DNA from: a virus
IMG/VR virus record: IMGVR_UViG_3300009173_000010
Coordinates: 8,807 to 72,806 of that record
Length of the DNA stretch: 64,000 bases
Direction: 5' to 3' (one strand)
Part shown: positions 56,832-64,000 of the stretch, in pieces
Position numbering within the stretch: the stretch's first letter is position 1
Layout: each line of letters starts with the position of its first letter
Position numbers and translations under genes: made by a program
Notes under the pieces: generated by a model
Seen by the model: the letters and a program-made list of their open reading frames with translations, nothing else
The model's database searches: none
What the model was told of the DNA's origin: nothing

Positions 56832-57256
56832 AAACGTTTAGAGAATATTTAGAAGAAATTAATGCAAAACCACCCGGTGCCCCAGCAGGAACACAAGCGG
56901 CATCTAATAAAACTAATGTAGCAAACACAGGAGGCGCAACTTCTGGTGCTCAAACAAAGCCAAGTTCCAATTTACAAGGAGTAACTAACGTTGTTCCAGC
57001 ACAAAGTAATTCACCAACAGCACAAGGTTCACAAGGAACAGTAGCACCAACTGATATGGAACAACCAGAAGCGGTTGTTAATGTTAAGTCTGGACAAAAT
57101 GCAGGACAAACTGCTCTTAAAGATTTTAAAGCAACAGTAACACCAGGTGAATCTGAAATAGAATTTAAAAGTGCTGACGGAAAGACATTTATGGTTCCGC
57201 AAGAATTTTTTATTGATGAACAAATTACGGATCTTAAAAAACTTTCAGGGATTTAG
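56828..57256 (+). CDS. Internal head protein with T4-like capsid targeting sequence
   Basis: MKTFREYLEE (T4 internal-protein CTS is MKTYQEFIAE); C-terminal DLKKLSGI. Confidence 0.65.
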   Translation: MKTFREYLEEINAKPPGAPAGTQAASNKTNVANTGGATSGAQTKPSSNLQGVTNVVPAQSNSPTAQGSQGTVAPTDMEQPEAVVNVKSGQNAGQTALKDFKATVTPGESEIEFKSADGKTFMVPQEFFIDEQITDLKKLSGI

Positions 57257-58121
57257 AAATGATAATAAATGATATTATATTGAAAGAGACAACAATTATA
57301 TCACCTTTTGGTCTTACTAGATATAATAAGGTAGCCGAGTTATCAGAATCACATATTCGAAATGTTTTAGGTGTTGAAATACCTTTAACTGAATCGGTAT
57401 ATTCATTTAAATATAGAGAACAAATTCTATATGAACAAGAACTCTATGAAGGAATGTTAGATTCAGTTAAAACTTACCTTGGTAACAAATATACTACCAC
57501 CGTTAATGACATTAACGGTGGTATTAAAGATTTTAAAGATGCCGCTATACTAATAAAAGATACTATAACAAACCCAGATGGCCTGCCACAAATACTCCAA
57601 CAAATTAAAAAATATTTTACAAACACGGTTTGGAAACCGTTAATTAACCTTTTTAATAAATTTATTGAACAAATATCAGGTGGGTCAATTCCACAAGAGT
57701 TGATTGATAAAGTAATATGGGTTAAAGACTTCCTTGTGGCCAAGGTGCAATCGTTGTTGGCTATAACAGGTTGGACTGGATTTATGACTATTATAGGCAT
57801 ATATGGTTTTATATCATTTATTAAAGTAAAAGTTCAAGGACTTGTTGGACTAGCAGTCGACACAGCAATTGATAGTATTAAAGATTTTTTTATTGGAACG
57901 TTTGATATGCTTAAAGATAATATGGATAAGGTTATGCAGACCGCAGCCAGTACCTCAATAGGCGCATTTTTTACTGCGATCAGTGTAATTAAAGAAGTTC
58001 ATGCCGCATTTATAACTATGTTATCTTATATTAAAAGCAAAATATGGGCCGGCCGGACAGTGCAAGCAAACACAAATCCAGTTGGCGAAGACATTCAATA
58101 TCTTAAAAAACTTTCAGGGAT
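57231..58121 (+). repeat. 22-bp direct repeat (57231-57252 and 58100-58121) flanking one gene
   Basis: ATCTTAAAAAACTTTCAGGGAT identical at both sites. Confidence 0.85.
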
Positions 58122-58131
58122 ACAGAAATGA
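57259..58131 (+). CDS. Putative internal/ejected protein with hydrophobic helices
   Basis: MIINDIILKE; hydrophobic LLAITGWTGFMTIIGIYGFISFI; C-terminal YLKKLSGI. Confidence 0.6.
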   Translation: MIINDIILKETTIISPFGLTRYNKVAELSESHIRNVLGVEIPLTESVYSFKYREQILYEQELYEGMLDSVKTYLGNKYTTTVNDINGGIKDFKDAAILIKDTITNPDGLPQILQQIKKYFTNTVWKPLINLFNKFIEQISGGSIPQELIDKVIWVKDFLVAKVQSLLAITGWTGFMTIIGIYGFISFIKVKVQGLVGLAVDTAIDSIKDFFIGTFDMLKDNMDKVMQTAASTSIGAFFTAISVIKEVHAAFITMLSYIKSKIWAGRTVQANTNPVGEDIQYLKKLSGIQK

Positions 58132-59392
58132 AGATTGATGAGATTAAATTAAAAGAAACAACTACTGGTGCAACAGGTGCAGGTTCGATTGCGGTTTCGA
58201 TCAGTTCGGTCGGTGATGGCGGAATGATTTCACGGACAGGTACAAAAAAGAAAAGCAAAAAGAACAAGAATCCGCATGGTATTGATATGCCTAAAGATTC
58301 TTTATTTGCTGGTAAGAAGAATGTTACTGAAACTTCATTGCCACCACATTTAGCAAAGTTTTTTGATAAAGAGGGCAATGTAAAACCAGAAGTTGCAAAA
58401 CGCATGTCTAAAAAGAAAGATTATAAAATAACAGATGTTACGCCAAAGGGCTATGGCCCTGAGAATTATTATGAAATTGGCGGCGACCGCTATGATGGCG
58501 GTATAGTGTTTAAAGTATATATAGGTGGAGATGAAGTTCATAGTGATATTATTGATGCCGATCATCCTTATGTGTACAACGGTAAAAAATATGATGGTGT
58601 TACGAAAGCATTAGATGCAATTGCTAAAGATAATGATTTAGATTCTGCCGATGATTTTAAACGTGTAGAGATGGAAGGGTCAATACCTGATGATAAGGCA
58701 GCAGGTATTAAATGGGCCGATGATCCAGATTGGAAAAAGTTACATGATATGAATCTTGACATGGTACAAGATTTTATTGCTCATAAAGAAGAAACAAACG
58801 AAGCACATGATGATTTTGATATGGATGATGAAATAGCATCATACGATGGCGACGATGATGCCGAGCCAATGAGCGATGCACCGTATGCAATTTTATGGCA
58901 CGGACAGTATGCTGAATGGTACGGTGACAATGATCCTGAAAGCGGCGAAGGCCGTTATAAAATGAAAGGTGATGCAGGTAATGTACTTGCTAAGAATATT
59001 CCAACGTATGCACAAGCAGAGAAACTTTTGCCACGAGTATCGGGAATGGGACACGTTGGCGATCACGGAGAATGGGGCAAAGATCATTCAGTTGTAATGC
59101 AAGCCTCAGATCCAATAATTGTACCAATGAAAGAATTAGGAGAGCATTTTTATAGTTATGATTCTGATATGCAACAATATAGCGATATGGGCAATGACGA
59201 TCATCATGATGTAATAGATTTGGCAGGCGTAGACGAAAGAAAACTTTCCGGATCCGAAAAAAAAACAAAGAGCATAATGTAAAAAAGTTAAAAAAACATA
59301 AGAAGAGTTTTTCAAAATATGGAAAAGATGCAGACAGCGTTATGTATGCAGTAGCAACAAGAGATGCTAAAAAAGGAAAGAAATACAAATAG
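58128..59392 (+). CDS. Modular acidic head protein; -1 frameshift at A9 (59257-59265) extends it from 59282 to 59392
   Basis: MKIDEIKLKE; the -1 frame gives ERKLSGSEKKNKEHNVKKLKKHKKSFSKYGKDADSVMYAVATRDAK*, filling the gap to the next RBS. Confidence 0.6.
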
Positions 59393-59401
59393 GATAATAT
59401 T

Positions 59402-60097
59402 ATGACAGTAAAAACTTATAATAACCTCATTGATGAGATGAAAGAACTTGCTGATAGACTCAACAAGCATTACGATACTGTAACTTTAGAAACAGTAGAG
59501 GAATTAGATACACCTGCTACTGAAACTCAACGTATTCTTAATGAACTTAAAGACAAAGGCGTTCTCAAAGAAGAAGAAATGCAAGAGGCTTGGTGGGATA
59601 AAAAAGAGCCAGGCAAAATTGAATATGACGAGATTGGAGAAGATGCAGGATCTGACGATGATCAAAGGTTTGTTCATAAACAATTTATGGAAGTATCAAA
59701 TAGACTAGATTGGATTGCAGAACGTTTTTCAGAAGATAGTATGCTTGCAAGGAAAACTGGAGAAATCGGCGGCGATACAGGCGGGTTTGGAAAAGTTTCC
59801 CAAGCGGCCGATATGCTACTTTCCGCAATTGAAGAATTACATCGTGATGCAATGGGACACATACATCAAGAGTCACTTGAGGTTGAAGAAGGCTACCAAA
59901 CAATGCCACCAATTGATAAAGAGCGTTATACAGAACTCCAAGGCCTAGAAGGCCCGTTTATGACGTTGTCTGGTAAAGTAGTTTATTATGATCCAAAAGA
60001 AGGCAAGTATTATGATAGAGATTCAGATATATATTTAGATTATGATGAATGGAAAGCATACGATAGTAAACCAGATTGGTCATCAAAGGAAGACTAA
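59402..60097 (+). CDS. Modular acidic head protein
   Basis: C-terminal module GLEGPF...VYYDPKEGKYYD..SDIY. Confidence 0.6.
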   Translation: MTVKTYNNLIDEMKELADRLNKHYDTVTLETVEELDTPATETQRILNELKDKGVLKEEEMQEAWWDKKEPGKIEYDEIGEDAGSDDDQRFVHKQFMEVSNRLDWIAERFSEDSMLARKTGEIGGDTGGFGKVSQAADMLLSAIEELHRDAMGHIHQESLEVEEGYQTMPPIDKERYTELQGLEGPFMTLSGKVVYYDPKEGKYYDRDSDIYLDYDEWKAYDSKPDWSSKED

Positions 60098-60549
60098 TGA
60101 ATTTAACCGAACTAATGCGAGACTTTAAAAGTCGAATTGTTGAAAACCAGTTGTGGGATAATTTAATGGACCGCAACGATGGTGTGTTTTATCGCGGCCA
60201 AAGATCATCAGGACGCGGCGGCGGCACTGGTTTAGGAGCATTAGGAAATGGTGTTTATTTAACATGGTCATCGTCCATGGCAGACTTTTTTGCTAAGGAA
60301 GTAGACGGCGAAGTTAAAGAATATAGAGTTAAGCCAGGTCTTAAGATGGCAGATAGTGCTGGAGCAGACTTTGGTGAGATAAAACAATCCATGGGTTTTC
60401 AACCATGGGAATACAGCGACGACCCAATGTTTGGTGGTATGCTAACTATGGGATTAAAAGATAAAGGCTATGATGGTGCTGTTAGTGATAATCAAGCAGA
60501 AGGCATAGTTATTTTTGATCCAAAGAATGTTGAGGAAGTAGAACAATGA
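60097..60549 (+). CDS. ADP-ribosyltransferase-like protein (ART-PolyVal type), start MNLTEL
   Basis: FYRG..., LGNGVYLT...A..FA, GEV, LKDKGYDG, IVIFDPKNV. Confidence 0.6.
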   Translation: MNLTELMRDFKSRIVENQLWDNLMDRNDGVFYRGQRSSGRGGGTGLGALGNGVYLTWSSSMADFFAKEVDGEVKEYRVKPGLKMADSAGADFGEIKQSMGFQPWEYSDDPMFGGMLTMGLKDKGYDGAVSDNQAEGIVIFDPKNVEEVEQ

Positions 60550-60761
60550 AATATACAGAAATTTTAGGTGGCATTCAGACTTGGGTTAATAATGAAGAAA
60601 ATGAATTGGTTGAAGCGGTTCAAAAAGAAGGCCGGCTACGACATACAGATTTAGACGAAAGACAATTAGAGCATTGTAATAATTTAGTTAAACGTGGCAT
60701 TTTAATGAGGCAAGAAGACCAAGACGGCCATTATTTTAAAGAAGTTAATGATGATTTATAA
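60546..60761 (+). CDS. Small conserved protein (winged-helix-like)
   Basis: MKYTEIL...NNEE...LDER......LVKRGIL. Confidence 0.6.
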   Translation: MKYTEILGGIQTWVNNEENELVEAVQKEGRLRHTDLDERQLEHCNNLVKRGILMRQEDQDGHYFKEVNDDL

Positions 60762-61200
60762 TCCAAATGACCTTCCGGAATATCATGCAGAAATTGATTG
60801 GTCAAAACCAACAGCATTATTTTTAGGAAGATTTAATCCATGGAATTCAGGCCACCGCGCAACATTTGAAACAATGCTACGAGCAGGAGAAAAAAATTTT
60901 CAGGGAAGAGGTAACGACCCTGTTTCAAAAGCAAAGCAAGTTTGCATAATGGTTAGAGATCAAGGCGAGGATAATTTTAATGAGATTAAAGAAAGTATTA
61001 TTGAATCCTTAGAACCTGATTATCATGGCAAATATACTATTATGCAAGTTCCAGATATTACAGATATTTTTTATGGTAGACAAGTTAGTTTTGATGTGCA
61101 TCGTGTATGTTTACCATCAGAGTTAGAACCAGTTCCTGGTAAAAAAGTACGGGCGGAAGAGCAGTACCATCAACAGAAATTTTGGGCGAATCGACAATAG
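60748..61200 (+). CDS. Cytidylyltransferase-like (HIGH-superfamily) nucleotidyltransferase
   Basis: ALFLGRFNPWNSGH, QVCIMVRD, VPDITDIFYGR. Confidence 0.65.
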   Translation: MMIYNPNDLPEYHAEIDWSKPTALFLGRFNPWNSGHRATFETMLRAGEKNFQGRGNDPVSKAKQVCIMVRDQGEDNFNEIKESIIESLEPDYHGKYTIMQVPDITDIFYGRQVSFDVHRVCLPSELEPVPGKKVRAEEQYHQQKFWANRQ

Positions 61201-61235
61201 TAATAAGTAATATAAACTATGACGAGGTGTTAGTT

Positions 61236-61706
61236 ATGACTAGTGCTACTGATATGAAAAAGATACTGGAAACTTTAGAAGTTACTCTCAATAAAGTTGT
61301 TAATAATGTTGTAGAGGAAGGTAAACCTATTATACATAAAAAAGGTATTTTAGGTAATACTTGGGAAGTTGTTAAGGAAGATATTAATCATTATAGAATT
61401 TTTTGTAAAGAAACTAATAATACGCTTGTTGATAATATCGAATTGTATGAAGTTGCATTTAATATTGCATATCTATTAAACAAAGGAAATGCAATAGAAT
61501 CGGAAAAAGTTAAAAAAATTATCCGAGAGAATGAACAATTTTGTAAACATTTTTATAAAGCAATATTTTATAACAAAAAACGCAAAATATATGCGAAACA
61601 AGGAAACTGGCAAAAACATGTTCTTATGGAAACACAGTTTGAAATTGCTCGAGATCAGGCGATTCACGCAAGAGAGAAACTTCGAAATTCGAAACAAAAG
61701 TCATAA
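61236..61706 (+). CDS. Conserved hypothetical protein (start revised)
   Basis: GAGGT RBS before ATG 61236. Confidence 0.6.
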   Translation: MTSATDMKKILETLEVTLNKVVNNVVEEGKPIIHKKGILGNTWEVVKEDINHYRIFCKETNNTLVDNIELYEVAFNIAYLLNKGNAIESEKVKKIIRENEQFCKHFYKAIFYNKKRKIYAKQGNWQKHVLMETQFEIARDQAIHAREKLRNSKQKS

Positions 61707-61739
61707 ATATGTTTATCCAGTAATAAACAGGGGATAAGC

Positions 61740-62468
61740 ATGTTTTTAAACGATTTATCAAATAATACAATACACTTTAATAGAATTAACCGTTGGCTTA
61801 ATTCAGAATTTGGTGTCTCCGTTGACAATACCTCGTCAAGGACAAACCTTATTGAGGCCAAAGGTAAATTAGAAGTTCGTAAAAACAAAATTGCCTCCAA
61901 TAGTAAGTTTAATGAATATCATAGTGATAAAGGTTATGTGAAGACTATGCTAATGCTTGAAGCAGTAAATATGCTTCTTAGTAATAGCGAAGGTTCAATT
62001 ATGGCTACGGTGCAACCAATTAATCTTTCGGAACAAACAGATGAGATTGAAAATGCTCAAATTCTTTTGGCCGCACAGGATATGGTTGATAAACTTACTG
62101 CTATGGCAGAAGATTTAGCAGAACTTCAAACAAAGGCATTGATGCCACTAGTTGATGAGATTAAGTATAACTTAGGTCAGCAACAGGCACAGTCTTTTAA
62201 TGATACAGCAAAAGGACAATTACAATCTGCTCTAGACGCTATTATAGGCGTTAAAGATGCAATGGGTGATCAAGTATTAGCATTACAAGGTGGCGAAGTT
62301 CCTGCTCCAGATATGGGTGCAGAACCAGAAATGCCTGGGATGCCCGAAGAGGAACCTGCCGCAGAAATACCAGGCGAAGTTCCAGCAGAAGATACTCAAG
62401 ATATGATGGGCGGCGCCGATGAAGTTGCAGGCCCAGCAGAGTCACCACTAGGTAGAGAAGAAAAGTAA
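61740..62468 (+). CDS. Prohead core / scaffold-like protein
   Basis: MFLNDL; 'LSE...AQILLAAQDMVD' coiled coil; Pro/acidic tail ending LGRE. Confidence 0.55.
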   Translation: MFLNDLSNNTIHFNRINRWLNSEFGVSVDNTSSRTNLIEAKGKLEVRKNKIASNSKFNEYHSDKGYVKTMLMLEAVNMLLSNSEGSIMATVQPINLSEQTDEIENAQILLAAQDMVDKLTAMAEDLAELQTKALMPLVDEIKYNLGQQQAQSFNDTAKGQLQSALDAIIGVKDAMGDQVLALQGGEVPAPDMGAEPEMPGMPEEEPAAEIPGEVPAEDTQDMMGGADEVAGPAESPLGREEK

Positions 62469-62800
62469 TGAAACTTGCTGAGATTTTTTTTAGTGAAGAT
62501 CAAGGATCCAATGCTGATATAATTAAATCAGAAATTGGCGATCTATTGTTCATGATGAAAAATCAAGGCATAACTGAAATTGAAACGGAATTTGTTATTA
62601 AGAAGTTACACGACAATGGTATAGATATAGATAAAATATTATTAATTGATACACTTAATGATATGCCAGATTTAGTAAATACTGCTACAGTAGAAATGAT
62701 AACATTAAAAGTAGAGAATTTACCAGATGCTACAACAGATGCCGATCAAGCACAAGATACCGTTGCACAAGCGGCAGATAGTGCTAATCCACTTACTTAG
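62468..62800 (+). CDS. Acidic head-associated protein
   Basis: MKLAEIFFSE. Confidence 0.6.
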   Translation: MKLAEIFFSEDQGSNADIIKSEIGDLLFMMKNQGITEIETEFVIKKLHDNGIDIDKILLIDTLNDMPDLVNTATVEMITLKVENLPDATTDADQAQDTVAQAADSANPLT

Positions 62801-62808
62801 GAGAGGAA

Positions 62809-63432
62809 ATGGCTGTTAACAATATAATGATTAGTGCCGCCGACGCTAAGTTACAAGGACAAGGAAATCTTGTTATACTTAGGGAAGTCCGCGTAATTGA
62901 GGAAGCGATTTTAACAGCGGTTAGTAATAGTTTACTAAACGCAACGGTTTCCGACGGCACTGTAATGACAATGAGTACCCCTGCTATTTCCGTTACAGGA
63001 ACAATTAATAATCCAACAATAACAGCCGCAGATACTTTTACTATTAATAGTACTACGGTTACTGCTAGTGGAACAACACTTAATTCATTAGTAGATGATA
63101 TTAATACTTTAGCACTAACAGGTATTACAGCAAGTAAAACATCAGTCGCCGGCACATTAAAAATTTCAAGCGATAATAATAATTTTGCATTAACAATTGC
63201 CGCCGGGTCCGGCACAATTTTATCAGATGTTGGTATTACCGCAAGCATAACAAATGCAACAGATGTAAGTAAAACATATTATAATGTATGGCAAGCAACT
63301 GCTATCGATACAACATACACACAGCAAATGGCAGAAATAATTAAAAACTTTGTAGATTTAGGTTATACAATTATTAGGCAGAAGAATGCCTCGACATCCA
63401 ATACTACTTTTAAATGGCATGTTACTTGGTAA
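62809..63432 (+). CDS. Virion structural protein
   Basis: AGGAGAGG RBS; Thr-rich beta module similar to the sheath insert; C-terminal LGY.I.R..N...TFKW.V.W. Confidence 0.6.
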   Translation: MAVNNIMISAADAKLQGQGNLVILREVRVIEEAILTAVSNSLLNATVSDGTVMTMSTPAISVTGTINNPTITAADTFTINSTTVTASGTTLNSLVDDINTLALTGITASKTSVAGTLKISSDNNNFALTIAAGSGTILSDVGITASITNATDVSKTYYNVWQATAIDTTYTQQMAEIIKNFVDLGYTIIRQKNASTSNTTFKWHVTW

Positions 63433-63440
63433 ATAGGCTA

Positions 63441-63469
63441 TTGACAAATGATATTTCTTGTAGTATACT
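63441..63469 (+). promoter_or_regulatory. Sigma70-like promoter; probably leaderless exonuclease transcript
   Basis: TTGACA-N17-TATACT; ATG 6 nt downstream. Confidence 0.65.
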
Positions 63470-63475
63470 ATAAGA

Positions 63476-64000
63476 ATGTCATTAATAAACAAATTATACG
63501 AATATCCCAAATTAAAACGAACAGATAAAGATGGCGAACGTCTTTATGATACAGGAAATGCAAAGGTACCTTCTGTAACGACTATCCTTGGCCGCATGAA
63601 AGATATGTCTGGCATTAATGCTTGGAGAGCTCGTGTCGGAGCAGAAGAAGCACAACGTATTTTAGTAGAAGCCGGAAATTTAGGTACAGCAACACATAAA
63701 CATTTAGAAAATCATTGTTTAGGTATAGAGCGTCCTGGCGGCACAAATTTACTTAGACAAATAGCATCTAAATTAGCAGACGTAGTTATTGAAAATGGCC
63801 TTGTAAATGTTAATGAAGTATGGGGATTAGAAGCATCATTATATTCTCCCGAACTTTATGCAGGTACTACAGATTGTGTAGGACTTTGGAAAGATAAACC
63901 CGCCATTATAGATTTTAAAACATCTCGTTCAGTAAAAAAACGAGAATGGATCGAGGATTATTTTTTACAAGGTTCAGCATATGCTATGGCACATAATGAA
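63476..64000 (+). CDS. PD-(D/E)xK exonuclease (Cas4/MGME1-like phage exonuclease), 3'-truncated; not in ORF track
   Basis: Own translation: VPSVTTIL...WRARVG...GTATH...E...AGTTDC...IIDFKTS...YFLQGSAYA. Confidence 0.88.
   Translation, partial: MSLINKLYEYPKLKRTDKDGERLYDTGNAKVPSVTTILGRMKDMSGINAWRARVGAEEAQRILVEAGNLGTATHKHLENHCLGIERPGGTNLLRQIASKLADVVIENGLVNVNEVWGLEASLYSPELYAGTTDCVGLWKDKPAIIDFKTSRSVKKREWIEDYFLQGSAYAMAHNE

Noticed and set aside
63476-64000. Cas4 of a CRISPR system
   Set aside because: No Fe-S cysteine pattern in the visible part and no cas context; it matches the common stand-alone phage exonuclease.

Overview
AT-rich segment of a jumbo, T4-related myophage genome, with a gene set and order resembling the RaK2/GAP32-type jumbo phages. 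Usg, zf-CHCC and the IOR-VOC-FAH cassette suggest an alphaproteobacterial, probably aquatic, host (inference). Structural genes: 3' part of a giant repetitive fibre, neck (gp13/gp14-like), tail completion (gp15-like), sheath, tube, gp4 nuclease and terminase. Replication/recombination genes: gp32, UvsX, UvsY, UvsW, clamp-loader subunit, mini-DnaE, primase, helicase and an exonuclease. Many acidic head proteins carry T4-like capsid-targeting N-termini. Most notable: (1) an Asp/AsnRS-like catalytic-domain-only gene followed 9 nt later by a non-canonical long-arm tRNA with Asn identity elements (GUU, U1:A72, G73) but G33/U37, facing a convergent CCA-adding enzyme, with two terminator-like hairpins inside the synthetase-like gene; (2) a complete fused indolepyruvate:ferredoxin oxidoreductase + VOC + FAH metabolic cassette; (3) enzymes apparently tagged for capsid packaging; (4) a structured 170-nt late RNA or leader upstream of an anion permease; (5) systematic leaderless TAAATA-N5-ATG late genes. 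A few in-frame stops and frameshifts may be sequence errors. All calls come from motif reading only; no database searches were run.
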